Shown one piece after another: positions 1-9,031 of a stretch of 64,000 nucleotides of DNA (positions are counted from its first letter, which is position 1; each line of letters opens with the position of its first letter). The stretch covers positions 1-64,000 of the IMG/VR virus record IMGVR_UViG_3300037455_000221; one strand, given 5' to 3'. This DNA is from a virus. Lineage: Duplodnaviria > Caudoviricetes. The notes beneath the pieces are model-generated. The model made no database searches and was not told where the DNA came from. It saw nothing but the letters and a program-made list of their open reading frames with translations. The translations under genes were made by a program, and so were the position numbers.

Positions 1-99
1 CCTTTATATCTACCGCGTTGTATCCCTTTTCTGCGGCAGCCCTGATAGCCTGTTCATACTTATTATCTTTGGTTATTTTACGTGCTTCTTCTGCTGTGA

Positions 100-408
100 T
101 CATGATTGTTTACCTCCAATATAAGATTCAAGTTTCAGCATTATAGGATCGTAGATTGTTACTATAGCAACTTGGTCGCAATAGTGTGTTACGTGCGGCA
201 TCTTGTTTACCTTTGCTGTGGGGCAGTCCTCCATTTGCGACACTTGACGGTTGCACCATGCAACAAGGCGGTCAATTTCCTTTTGAAATGTAGGAATTAA
301 TGTTTGGCGAGTGGCTTTATGTATATAAATTGTATAGCCGGGGTCGCCTATACCGCGGGCCATTTCGCTTCGGGACAGTATGTCGAATATGTACTTGGGC
401 ACGTTCAT
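100..408 (-). CDS. hypothetical early protein
   Basis: ORF with RBS in co-oriented leftward array. Confidence 0.7.
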   Translation of the reverse strand: MNVPKYIFDILSRSEMARGIGDPGYTIYIHKATRQTLIPTFQKEIDRLVAWCNRQVSQMEDCPTAKVNKMPHVTHYCDQVAIVTIYDPIMLKLESYIGGKQS

Positions 409-411
409 ATT

Positions 412-972
412 TTATTTCCTTTCTATATAACAATATGCATTATAGGTATTTGTAGGGATCTTATTACTCAATGTTTTATTAAGTCTCTTAAGAGCTTCGG
501 GACTCATATAATAAAGTCCTTCGTTGCCAACGACTCCATTGTGCGTTAACTTTATAATATTGTTAACTTCCGTGTCATCAACTTCGCCTAAGAAGATTGC
601 TTTAAAGATATAATAATCAAGTTCCTTTTCGGAGCAGCAACTTTTAATATTGTTAATTATTAGAGTAGTTTTATGCGCACTATTTGGATCTGAAAAATTG
701 CACTTTATATTATTAGAATTAAGTTTCCAATAATCCAGGCGGTATTCCTTAGGGATACCATAAGTCTTTTTTATAAGGTTAATGTCAATCCCCTTATTGA
801 TCAGGCGCACCGGTGATATAATCCTTGCGGTGTCCTTATATAATTCTGGTGCCCTATCAACGTCTTCCTTTCTTACTAACAGGAACTTATTAGGGTCTAT
901 TTCGGAGTAATTCATACACTCCATAACTGATAATGCTGCTTTGCTTACTCGACCAAGTTTATAAATTTTCAT
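412..972 (-). CDS. hypothetical protein
   Basis: GGAGGT RBS before ATG at 972 (ORF track starts at 1008). Confidence 0.7.
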   Translation of the reverse strand: MKIYKLGRVSKAALSVMECMNYSEIDPNKFLLVRKEDVDRAPELYKDTARIISPVRLINKGIDINLIKKTYGIPKEYRLDYWKLNSNNIKCNFSDPNSAHKTTLIINNIKSCCSEKELDYYIFKAIFLGEVDDTEVNNIIKLTHNGVVGNEGLYYMSPEALKRLNKTLSNKIPTNTYNAYCYIERK

Positions 973-977
973 AATAA

Positions 978-1502
978 TTACCTCCATTTGATTGTTTTTT
1001 CGGCCCATTCCTTTGACTTGCTAAATCCGGAATATCCTTTGTACACTTGTTTTGGATTGTCTAAATCAATGTAATACTCTTCCTTTCCTACTTTCTTATA
1101 TACTTTTCCAATAGAGAATTTTCCAACCGAAATAACTCTTTCTCCGTTTATATATAGCATTCGGTGTGTATTCGAATTACAATGTATCATTTCGTATAAG
1201 TCCTCAGTGCTGAAAACCCTCTCCCCGACTGCTCTGAGGGCATCTTGATAGTAGTATGCATTGTACCCATTACCAGCCTTATATTTTGAAGTATTTACTT
1301 TGGGATAAAACATTAATTTTCCGTTTTCCCTTACAACAAGATCAGTCTGCGCCAACCACACATCTTCGTTATCTTTAGCGTCTTTTATGGTGTTTTCGTC
1401 AAAACAATCTTGTGCGAAATTATCGATTGTTTGTCCAGCTCCCTTACATAAGTAGATAATGAGGGCTATTGCAGTCATTAGTAGACTAGTTAGTATAAAC
1501 AT
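978..1502 (-). CDS. membrane-anchored hypothetical protein
   Basis: Hydrophobic N-terminal helix MFILTSLLMTAIALIIYL; AAGGAGG RBS. Confidence 0.7.
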   Translation of the reverse strand: MFILTSLLMTAIALIIYLCKGAGQTIDNFAQDCFDENTIKDAKDNEDVWLAQTDLVVRENGKLMFYPKVNTSKYKAGNGYNAYYYQDALRAVGERVFSTEDLYEMIHCNSNTHRMLYINGERVISVGKFSIGKVYKKVGKEEYYIDLDNPKQVYKGYSGFSKSKEWAEKTIKWR

Positions 1503-1541
1503 AAACACCTCCTTTTATACTTTACATTATAACAATAAATG

Positions 1542-1601
1542 TGGGGATATTGTGGATATCTCGTGGATATGTGGATAGTTAGGGGATAAGTTTGTGGATA
1601 G
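1542..1601. repeat. cluster of six co-oriented DnaA-box-like 9-mers
   Basis: tggggatat, tgtggatat, cgtggatat, tgtggatag, aggggataa, tgtggatag versus consensus TGTGGATAA. Confidence 0.65.
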
Positions 1602-1658
1602 TTTTATTGAATAATAGTGCGAGAAAAGTGCTTCACCAACACCGCACAAAAAAATAAC

Positions 1659-1740
1659 ATTATTACGAAATAAAATTGCGTTATTTTTGATATTAAAATG
1701 ATATCATTTTATTGCATTTATTTAATTATTTTGTAATAAT
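1659..1740. promoter_or_regulatory. candidate recombination site (attP/res-like) next to the tyrosine recombinase
   Basis: 15-bp inverted repeat (1659-1673 / 1726-1740, 1 mismatch) around the perfect 18-bp palindrome taaaatgatatcatttta (1694-1711). Confidence 0.45.
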
Positions 1741-2690
1741 TATGTAATACTTTTATTAATTATTTCCATTCCTTTCTTACTTTCTTTTCCATCTGTGCGG
1801 ATGTATCTCTGTGTGGTGGTAGAGTATGCATGGCCTACAGCACGGCGGACGAACTCTATGTCGTGGGTCTGATCATAGAGGACGGAGCAGTAGCCGGCTC
1901 TCATGGAATGAGGATTAAGTTTGTCGCCGGAGTATTTCTTCACTACATATCTTACCACGTCATGGCTGATCCTGTCACCGTCCCTGGATACAAATAGAGC
2001 ATCTGTTTTCTTTTGACGTGCAACAAGAAGTCTGCAGCGATCACGCAGCCACTGATTTAAGATTGTTACAGTGTTATCTGAAAGATAAATGGTGCGAGGG
2101 ATGTTTCCCTTTTCAATTACCTCTATAGAATTATCATCTGTGTTTATATCAGAGATATCTATAGAAGTCAAGGCTGTCTCCCTGAGACCGGTTTCAATTA
2201 AGATTGCAACGATCAAAGTGTCACGGTTCTTTAGGGTACATTGGCCGCCATAAAAGTAACGATCCACGTCTGCTGCTGCGTTGCATTTTACATCGATCAT
2301 ATTCTTAGCGGTAACAGTAATTGGTCTGTGCGGGTCATGATTTTTGCAGCGTCTGATCCCATCCATATAATTAGAAGGAGTTATCCCTTCCTCATATAAA
2401 TAAGTAAAGAATGAATTTAAAGTGTACCAAATAGATGTACGGTATGTGTCGGTCAGATCCTTGCTGCGGAGATCCATGAAGTAGGAAATAACATCGTTAC
2501 GAGTTAGATCCGGCAGCGGGCGTCCCATTAGGAACGCCTTTACCTTTTGAATACGATCGCGACGGGTAACAGCTGTAAGCCCGGATGCGAACATAAGATT
2601 ATCCCAAACTTGTAATTCCTTTGGAGCCCCGTCAAGCAGATTAGATATAGCCTGAGCTATTCTGTTTTCATTCTCTTGTCTGCCGGTCAT
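1740..2690 (-). CDS. tyrosine recombinase (XerC/D-integrase family)
   Basis: Catalytic motifs TGLRETAL, EKGN, PHSMR, VGHAYSTTTQRY. Confidence 0.93.
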   Translation of the reverse strand: MTGRQENENRIAQAISNLLDGAPKELQVWDNLMFASGLTAVTRRDRIQKVKAFLMGRPLPDLTRNDVISYFMDLRSKDLTDTYRTSIWYTLNSFFTYLYEEGITPSNYMDGIRRCKNHDPHRPITVTAKNMIDVKCNAAADVDRYFYGGQCTLKNRDTLIVAILIETGLRETALTSIDISDINTDDNSIEVIEKGNIPRTIYLSDNTVTILNQWLRDRCRLLVARQKKTDALFVSRDGDRISHDVVRYVVKKYSGDKLNPHSMRAGYCSVLYDQTHDIEFVRRAVGHAYSTTTQRYIRTDGKESKKGMEIINKSIT

Positions 2691-2702
2691 ATGATCACCT
2701 CC

Positions 2703-2885
2703 TTAGTTATCATCATCCCAGTCATAGCGATCAAACGCTATGTTCTCTTCGTCATCATAGTCATAATCAAAAGAGGAGCGGGATCTGTTACCATACGCAC
2801 GTTCGTTGTATTCCCTTCTGTGACCAAGAGCAAAGAAGTCGTCGTCCATTAAAGACTCATCGTATTCACCATCATAATTAGACAT
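2703..2885 (-). CDS. small, highly acidic protein
   Basis: 60 aa, D/E/Y-rich; GGAGGT RBS. Confidence 0.7.
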   Translation of the reverse strand: MSNYDGEYDESLMDDDFFALGHRREYNERAYGNRSRSSFDYDYDDEENIAFDRYDWDDDN

Positions 2886-2903
2886 AAGATTACCTCCATT
2901 AAT

Positions 2904-2932
2904 ATTATACGTTTACATTGTAATACTGTCAA
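2904..2932 (-). promoter_or_regulatory. consensus sigmaA/sigma70 promoter
   Basis: Minus strand TTGACA-17 bp-TATAAT; the spacer contains the palindrome TTACA-A-TGTAA. Confidence 0.85.
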
Positions 2933-2955
2933 CTAATGCGTAAGTAAAGATGTTT

Positions 2956-3159
2956 TTACGCAATTGTTACAACAAGCTTTCCTTCAAAAGTACCAAATCC
3001 CACCCTGACTTCAGTTACCTGACAGTCGTGGATAGACTCATCCCGGCCATCCAATCTCATAAGGCCAGTACCGGTGTACTTGGCGATCACGTTGCCTCGC
3101 CCATTGAGGATGACAACAAAGCTTCCCCTACAAGTTGATAACAAATCAATTAGTTTCAT
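2956..3159 (-). CDS. hypothetical protein
   Basis: ORF with AAGGAG RBS in early array. Confidence 0.65.
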   Translation of the reverse strand: MKLIDLLSTCRGSFVVILNGRGNVIAKYTGTGLMRLDGRDESIHDCQVTEVRVGFGTFEGKLVVTIA

Positions 3160-3496
3160 ACGGCATCTCCTTTCCTATAGCAATTCCTCTCTCTAAAGTT
3201 AGCAGCTCCTGGTATGCTTCATTAATAGATAGATAATTACTCCAATCTTTTCCATCTATCATGATCCCATAGAGACCATCACTATCAAGATACACTTCAA
3301 TATATCCTTCTGGAATCTTATATTCCCTTTCTATAAATTTAAGTTTGTCATCAAGGAATTTCTTATTCCATAGCTGCAGAGTATTGTTATATTCTTCTTC
3401 TGTTAAGTAGCTGTAAGATCTGAGAAACTCAGCCTTTGAAAGTGCGATAAAATCTCTCATCTTTTCTTCGTCATTAATAAAGTTTGCATTCTTCAT
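3146..3496 (-). CDS. hypothetical protein
   Basis: ATGA overlap with upstream gene; GGAGG RBS. Confidence 0.7.
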   Translation of the reverse strand: MKNANFINDEEKMRDFIALSKAEFLRSYSYLTEEEYNNTLQLWNKKFLDDKLKFIEREYKIPEGYIEVYLDSDGLYGIMIDGKDWSNYLSINEAYQELLTLERGIAIGKEMPYETN

Positions 3497-3798
3497 ACCG
3501 TTACATCCTCCCATTCACCCCGATAATAATCGTTGCACCAATTAAGATTGTTGTAATCTCCCTTTGTGTAGCTGCCACAAAGAGGATCATCATAGATTAC
3601 ACCACCGACACCAAGGTAAGCTCCCCAGTACTCCTCCGCTGTTTCTTTTAAGTTTGCTGCAGACTTATTGTCCACATGGTAAACACAGATGCTGCCGGCC
3701 TCATTATAACAAAATACGTACTCTTCAGTTTTCGGGTTATAGAAATCCCTTCCCTCCTGAATCTTTGTGAGCATCTCATGACCGTCTCTGAATCTCAT
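3493..3798 (-). CDS. hypothetical protein
   Basis: Translationally coupled ORF. Confidence 0.7.
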   Translation of the reverse strand: MRFRDGHEMLTKIQEGRDFYNPKTEEYVFCYNEAGSICVYHVDNKSAANLKETAEEYWGAYLGVGGVIYDDPLCGSYTKGDYNNLNWCNDYYRGEWEDVTV

Positions 3799-4112
3799 AC
3801 CTTATTCTCCTTTCTTGTATATAAATTAGGGTATTCGTTAATGCAATCAATTACCGCTGCCCTGATCTCCTCCATGCAGCAGGCGTTGATGATCTTCTGC
3901 CTATCATTGCCGCCGATCTGGAATGAATCTCCCTTCCCTCTATGGATAATAATCTGCCACCACCACAACCCAGCTCCATAGTCAGCCCATGTCTGTTCTA
4001 TACTGGCATATATGTTTGTAACGATCGAAAAGTAATGACATGCCAGCTGCATCTTCATCATTCCAAGCTCATCTGTCGGGTTAAGTTCGTAACCATCTTT
4101 AAAATCCTTCAT
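3795..4112 (-). CDS. hypothetical protein
   Basis: Coupled ORF with RBS. Confidence 0.7.
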   Translation of the reverse strand: MKDFKDGYELNPTDELGMMKMQLACHYFSIVTNIYASIEQTWADYGAGLWWWQIIIHRGKGDSFQIGGNDRQKIINACCMEEIRAAVIDCINEYPNLYTRKENKV

Positions 4113-4125
4113 TCCTTTTTCCTCC

Positions 4126-4425
4126 TTAATAATCTAACCATGAGCAGATAATATTTACATCTGCCTCTTTCTTTATCATACCTTCAAGTATGCTGGCCAT
4201 TTCTGCGCCAATATATGTAGAGATATCTTCGCTGTCATCAACACCAAGCTCATCAAGGAACTCTTTGACAGCAATCTCAATTGGTTCTCTAAGTCTTTCC
4301 TCAAAAGGTATACCAGTGGAGCAGAGGAAGCTTGGCTTCCCCTCCACCATAGCAACCTCGCTGCTGTACTTACTTAACTTGGCTGCATACTCTTCTGCTT
4401 CTGCAATAGAATTAAATGTTTTCAT
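4126..4425 (-). CDS. hypothetical acidic protein
   Basis: AAAGGAG RBS. Confidence 0.7.
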   Translation of the reverse strand: MKTFNSIAEAEEYAAKLSKYSSEVAMVEGKPSFLCSTGIPFEERLREPIEIAVKEFLDELGVDDSEDISTYIGAEMASILEGMIKKEADVNIICSWLDY

Positions 4426-4564
4426 GCTGTACTCCTTTCCATTCTTCTTCTGTATATGGTGTTATGTCAAGATCATAAAGTGCTTCTGCTGCTATCTGAA
4501 CAGCTTCTTCTTCGTCATCTGCATCCACTTCCATATAGCCTGAATACTTTACATAATATTTCAT
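4412..4564 (-). CDS. small acidic protein (50 aa, MKYYVKYSGYMEVDADDEEEAVQIAE...)
   Basis: Below ORF-track cutoff; GGAGG RBS; fills the gap between neighbours. Confidence 0.6.
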   Translation of the reverse strand: MKYYVKYSGYMEVDADDEEEAVQIAAEALYDLDITPYTEEEWKGVQHENI

Positions 4565-4566
4565 AA

Positions 4567-4890
4567 TTAATCCTCCATTCTGTATGTGATATAGTAGTCA
4601 CAAACTTCTTCATCAAGATGATTATTATTTCTTACATAATAATCCTCTACATCCATGTTGATCACCTGACGGGAATCAGTGAGATTCTTATCACACCTGG
4701 TTCCGATCCAACGAACCACATCGTATGGATCTCTACGTTCTATTCCCCACTCGTGATTACCGGAGACACGAAGATGAAGACTAACAACTCCGTTACGATC
4801 CACTCTGTTTATCTTACGTACATCAACACTACCATAACCAGCAAAATGTTTTACTCTCATATGCGTTACCTCCATAGTTTTCTTACGCAA
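4567..4890 (-). CDS. hypothetical protein
   Basis: ORF in early array; start uncertain. Confidence 0.65.
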   Translation of the reverse strand: MRKKTMEVTHMRVKHFAGYGSVDVRKINRVDRNGVVSLHLRVSGNHEWGIERRDPYDVVRWIGTRCDKNLTDSRQVINMDVEDYYVRNNNHLDEEVCDYYITYRMED

Positions 4891-4912
4891 TTCAATATTA
4901 TCATCTACTTTA

Positions 4913-5134
4913 TTATTTTGTCAAGTTGCTAATCAACCAACCACGATAAGCCTCTTCGTTGCTACGCCACTCTTCCCAACCATCATAGTCAAGATAGTAC
5001 AGATCCTGAAGAATAAATATCAAACCATCAATATCTATTTCCTTTATATTAGGGCAAAACTCCTTCAGGTCTGTTAAGATCGTTACTAATCTATCTTCCA
5101 TAAGCACCTCCTTAATAATCCATGTCTTCATCAA
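4913..5134 (-). CDS. hypothetical protein
   Basis: ORF in early array; start may be internal. Confidence 0.6.
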   Translation of the reverse strand: MMKTWIIKEVLMEDRLVTILTDLKEFCPNIKEIDIDGLIFILQDLYYLDYDGWEEWRSNEEAYRGWLISNLTK

Positions 5135-5528
5135 AGTACATGTACTCTATATCATTGAGCCAATCAGGTTTCTGTTCGTTGCAAAGATCCTCAAGCCATG
5201 CGCCCCAAGGTTCTATCTCGCGCCAATCAATATCAGACTGGCTCTTCATTTCATCGATCTGATTTAGTACCTCTGTTGGCGGATCAATGAGGGCTGCAAG
5301 AAGATTATCCCACACCCAAAACTGTTTTGTGTTAAAGCCATAGCGATATTCATATCGCGGCCCATGTGTCTTAGGATCTTCAAGATCATACTGTTTCTGC
5401 ATACAAGTTTGATACAAATTAAATGCTGCAGCATACACTTCGTGATCTCCCTTTTCTCTTGCTTGTTCGAGAATCTTAGCTGTCTTTGTCTGAAGACTTT
5501 TTAACTGTTTTAATGTGTACATAAACAC
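5112..5528 (-). CDS. hypothetical protein
   Basis: AAGGAGG RBS. Confidence 0.7.
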   Translation of the reverse strand: MFMYTLKQLKSLQTKTAKILEQAREKGDHEVYAAAFNLYQTCMQKQYDLEDPKTHGPRYEYRYGFNTKQFWVWDNLLAALIDPPTEVLNQIDEMKSQSDIDWREIEPWGAWLEDLCNEQKPDWLNDIEYMYFDEDMDY

Positions 5529-5532
5529 CTCC

Positions 5533-5730
5533 TTATATTATCTCTAAACTTAAACCATGCTGGCTTAATACTTTTCTGTCTATTACCAACTTATCTTCCT
5601 CAAAGCGTACTACAGTCTTTTCTGTTCCATAGTACACTTTACCGCTCTTACGAAGAGCAATTAATACCGGGTCAGCCCCAAAAGATAATACTGCCACTGT
5701 TTCTTTGTTTACCTTTTTAGTTGCCATCAT
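5533..5730 (-). CDS. hypothetical protein
   Basis: RBS, array context. Confidence 0.65.
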   Translation of the reverse strand: MMATKKVNKETVAVLSFGADPVLIALRKSGKVYYGTEKTVVRFEEDKLVIDRKVLSQHGLSLEII

Positions 5731-5733
5731 AAT

Positions 5734-5943
5734 TTAATCCTCCTTCCAATGATCAGCGATCTCGTCTCTGGTCATACCAATGGAGTCGAGCATATACCAG
5801 AGAAAATCAATTCCTTCATCAGTAAGATTACCTTCGTCATCAACGTATTCAGGCTGATGCTTGGTGTAATCTATCAGGTTGTCAATGATCCATCTTGCCT
5901 CTCGATGAATAGTAAAGTTCTCTACAATATAAGTTAGTAGCAT
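5734..5943 (-). CDS. hypothetical acidic protein
   Basis: AGGAGG RBS. Confidence 0.7.
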   Translation of the reverse strand: MLLTYIVENFTIHREARWIIDNLIDYTKHQPEYVDDEGNLTDEGIDFLWYMLDSIGMTRDEIADHWKED

Positions 5944-5955
5944 ATTAATCCTCCT

Positions 5956-6222
5956 TTACATACACACTCTTGCTATTGCTGCTTCAATATCTGCAATTTT
6001 CTTTGCGTCATTAAGAGATGTTACATTTAAGTTTGGCGCCAACACGTTTCCTTCATAATCATAGAAGAAGGATTCATCCGTGTCATTGTTGAAGCATATA
6101 CCAACAGCTCCGTCAATAGCGTCACTTCCCTCAGCCATCCAGCCTTTGTCTGCGTAGGGCTCAAGCCCCACGCGTAATTTCTTTATCTGTTCACATTGTG
6201 CTGCATTTAAGATTCTTCCCAT
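5956..6222 (-). CDS. hypothetical protein
   Basis: AAAGGAG RBS. Confidence 0.7.
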   Translation of the reverse strand: MGRILNAAQCEQIKKLRVGLEPYADKGWMAEGSDAIDGAVGICFNNDTDESFFYDYEGNVLAPNLNVTSLNDAKKIADIEAAIARVCM

Positions 6223-6223
6223 A

Positions 6224-6454
6224 TTAATTCTCCTTTACATAAACATCAAACTCAGTGTATTCAAATACGTTTGCAACGAAATAAGAAGACTTGCCAAACA
6301 TGGTTTCAATACGGTCATCGAATGTCCATTCATCAACATCCGTTTTAACTGCTGTATAATAAGTATCGCAGCCAGTTATGTGGGATCCAACCGGCATCTC
6401 TTTAAGTTCCGTTACTGAAAGACAATCATTTTCTGTATAATGTATTTCCTTCAT
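6224..6454 (-). CDS. hypothetical acidic protein
   Basis: AAGGAGG RBS. Confidence 0.7.
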   Translation of the reverse strand: MKEIHYTENDCLSVTELKEMPVGSHITGCDTYYTAVKTDVDEWTFDDRIETMFGKSSYFVANVFEYTEFDVYVKEN

Positions 6455-6456
6455 AT

Positions 6457-6786
6457 CTAATTCCTCCTTACATTATTCCAGTCTTCAATTTCAGGGAACC
6501 AATCTGTAAATTCCATTCCTGAATCACCAAACCATTCGATGTAATCATTGAGTGATTCGGTTTTAATTAATTCGTTATTAATGTAAGTCTTAACTGTACC
6601 AGTAGTGATATCAGCGGATACCTGGAGTTCGTAATCGTCATCCTCATCTCCGTAATATCCATTTGCGTAAGCAAGTGTTGTATAGCAGAGACCTACATTA
6701 GTCGGGTCTGAAAAATTAGCGGGCTCACCAAATTCTTCACGACAATATTTATTAATAAAATTCACATACCTTACATTGTCAATCAT
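6457..6786 (-). CDS. hypothetical acidic protein
   Basis: Coupled ORF; INKYCREEFG..ANFSD..NVGLCYTT resembles a module of large polyvalent proteins of Firmicute mobile elements (from memory, unverified). Confidence 0.65.
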   Translation of the reverse strand: MIDNVRYVNFINKYCREEFGEPANFSDPTNVGLCYTTLAYANGYYGDEDDDYELQVSADITTGTVKTYINNELIKTESLNDYIEWFGDSGMEFTDWFPEIEDWNNVRRN

Positions 6787-6992
6787 GCTTGGTTCCTCCT
6801 TTTAAGTTTGTGCTGTTTAATGATATCGTACAGCGTTGTTTGCTTTACACTATGAGTTGGCATCGAAATTGTTTCGTCGCCGCGTCTATAGATACGATGG
6901 TTACCGGCTTGTCGAACAAACTCAAATCCATTATCTGCTAGCAGCCTCTGAAATTCCCTTACGTTATATACTCCCTGATGCATTCTTCCCAT
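6783..6992 (-). CDS. HicA-like mRNA interferase (orphan)
   Basis: REFQRLLADNGFEFVRQAGNHRIYRR...ISMPTH fits the HicA GxH signature. Confidence 0.75.
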   Translation of the reverse strand: MGRMHQGVYNVREFQRLLADNGFEFVRQAGNHRIYRRGDETISMPTHSVKQTTLYDIIKQHKLKRRNQA

Positions 6993-6993
6993 A

Positions 6994-7275
6994 TTAACTC
7001 ACCTCCTCATCTTCTAATATCTTAAAGTAGTGAATTGAAGAGTAAGTATCTGAGCCGTCCTCTTCTGTGACCGTCTCTGACTTAATGCAGCGGATAGAAA
7101 AAGAATCAAGATAATTACTAATCAACCAGTCACAATGAAGATGATCATGTTTCCAATCTCCCCAAGTGATGTTTACCTCAATGGTATCATTACGCGGGTC
7201 GACTCCGACCTCTGCACAGATGTTGCTGTCCTGAATTAATTTGTAGATATCATCATAAATAGCCTCAATATTCAT
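6994..7275 (-). CDS. hypothetical protein
   Basis: GGGAGGT RBS before ATG 7275. Confidence 0.7.
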   Translation of the reverse strand: MNIEAIYDDIYKLIQDSNICAEVGVDPRNDTIEVNITWGDWKHDHLHCDWLISNYLDSFSIRCIKSETVTEEDGSDTYSSIHYFKILEDEEVS

Positions 7276-7288
7276 ATGCTTACCTCCC

Positions 7289-7636
7289 TTATGCATATCT
7301 CTTTCTAACTTCTTCCATAGCTGCTTTCTGTTTCTTTTCATACTCTCTCTGAAGAGCAGCACATTCAGCAGCCTTGTCATCTCTTAAGTTCATTACCCAC
7401 TTATCTTCCGTTCCGTTAAGTGCGATGAACTCATTATCAGTAATATAATCCTCTCCTACCGGTATTACATTTTCATCGGTTACCAGGAATCCAAATCTGT
7501 TAACGCTCTGATTTCTTGCAATAAGATAATGAGTTCCCTCATCATCAATTACAGAGTAAACAAACTTGCCTTCCTTACGTAACTGATTAATACGCGGCTG
7601 CTCCCATGAAAAGAAATCTGTAAAATAGTATCTCAT
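7289..7636 (-). CDS. hypothetical protein, possibly LPD28-like
   Basis: Y...DD.......VNRFG..VT pattern; AAAGGAG RBS. Confidence 0.55.
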   Translation of the reverse strand: MRYYFTDFFSWEQPRINQLRKEGKFVYSVIDDEGTHYLIARNQSVNRFGFLVTDENVIPVGEDYITDNEFIALNGTEDKWVMNLRDDKAAECAALQREYEKKQKAAMEEVRKRYA

Positions 7637-7671
7637 TTTATTATCTCCTTTATGTTTTAATGTTAAGTTTG

Positions 7672-7707
7672 TTATAAATTTAAAACCGGCGGCGGTCGTG
7701 TTTTCAT
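7672..7707 (-). CDS. micro-ORF MKTRPPPVLNL
   Basis: Strong AAGGAGGTGAT RBS at canonical spacing. Confidence 0.45.
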   Translation of the reverse strand: MKTRPPPVLNL

Positions 7708-7722
7708 AAGGTTATCACCTCC

Positions 7723-8361
7723 TTATCTTTCTACAAACATAGGTCTGATCTGTTTACATTCACGTGGCAGCTTATCAGATATCAGAATCTGATCAAAGGC
7801 CCACTTGCCTACGATATCCATACAGTAGCCGCGATAATCTCCGCCGCCAAGTCCATTTCCGCATGCGGTCAGTATTGGCAGAGGATGAATGCACCAAATT
7901 GATTCATGTTTGTCACCTGCATAATCAGTCCATGTTTCTTTCTGACGATTAGCTTCATAGTACTCATCAAAATTAATATATTGGTTCTTAGTTAAGTTGA
8001 TGATGTACTTACCAGAAAGAACATGTTCAGCAGCGGGCGTAATGTATTTAATCATACGCCCATTTCTCTTCCATGGATTATACTTTGCATATTCATCAGG
8101 AAGTTCTGCATAATCTCCTACCCACGCTATCTGAGCTGCTCCATTCTTAATAAGCTCTTCTGTAATTGCGTCAACAAACTGGTTATCAACATAACTATGT
8201 TCCATGAGCTTAGCCATAGTATAGTAATATCCTTTCTGCTGCACCTCTTCCTTATTCCAATCTGCAATGTGTTCAAGTCCCTTCTTGTCCGGCTTAACGT
8301 CCCTGTTGTAATACTTAGCTTTTCCGTTTCTTAAGATTGTTACCATGTAATACTGTCCCAT
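7723..8361 (-). CDS. phage hypothetical protein
   Basis: 212-aa ORF with AGGAGG RBS. Confidence 0.8.
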   Translation of the reverse strand: MGQYYMVTILRNGKAKYYNRDVKPDKKGLEHIADWNKEEVQQKGYYYTMAKLMEHSYVDNQFVDAITEELIKNGAAQIAWVGDYAELPDEYAKYNPWKRNGRMIKYITPAAEHVLSGKYIINLTKNQYINFDEYYEANRQKETWTDYAGDKHESIWCIHPLPILTACGNGLGGGDYRGYCMDIVGKWAFDQILISDKLPRECKQIRPMFVER

Positions 8362-8376
8362 ATTATTTACCCTCCT

Positions 8377-8613
8377 TTACTTATACATAATTGTGTACAG
8401 TGCCCATACCTCGTCAGAGCCACCATTGTTATGGCGGTTACTTGTAAAGGCTGTTATCTTGATATCAATGAGCTGGTTAACTTCGTTGTCAATGAAGTTA
8501 TTAAGTTCAGCATCAATATCCAGCTGCTCAACCATAACGGCATCACCAAACTGATTGCTCTCCCTTATTGATTTGCATGCACTTACCTTAAACATAAATG
8601 TCTTTGTCTTCAT
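8377..8613 (-). CDS. Cse60-like small protein
   Basis: D.ELNNFI...LIDIK...YTIMY pattern resembles the Cse60/DUF2758 family. Confidence 0.45.
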   Translation of the reverse strand: MKTKTFMFKVSACKSIRESNQFGDAVMVEQLDIDAELNNFIDNEVNQLIDIKITAFTSNRHNNGGSDEVWALYTIMYK

Positions 8614-8614
8614 A

Positions 8615-8968
8615 TTAGTTTCCTCCTTTTCTTATCTCAGCTGCTTCTTCCATTGTGATAATACGGATAGCCTTCATTCTGTTGGCAAGGATCCAGGCTC
8701 CTCCTTGAGACTCCGGTCTATCATAGGTAGTATAGTCCTCTACCTCTACTTCTACCCATACACGCTGCTCTCCATTAGAGAGAGCCTCCTTGAGGTGCGG
8801 TGCATAAGGGGTGAAGCAGCAATGCCAGCCTTGCCTTACAGCAAATCCCTTTGTCGGGTGGCACTCTGCCGGCAGCCACTCTCCGAACTTTGTCGGGGTG
8901 GTCTTGTCGATGAACAGCGGGTATACCTTACCATCCTTCTTCTGTCTCATAAGTTTGTAAGCTTTCAT
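8615..8968 (-). CDS. phage hypothetical protein
   Basis: 117 aa with RBS; GWHC..P.APH motif. Confidence 0.75.
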   Translation of the reverse strand: MKAYKLMRQKKDGKVYPLFIDKTTPTKFGEWLPAECHPTKGFAVRQGWHCCFTPYAPHLKEALSNGEQRVWVEVEVEDYTTYDRPESQGGAWILANRMKAIRIITMEEAAEIRKGGN

Positions 8969-9031
8969 AAATTGTTCTCCTTTTCTTAACTGAGGGGCAG
9001 ATTGCTCCGCCCCTATTAGTTTACTGTCAAC

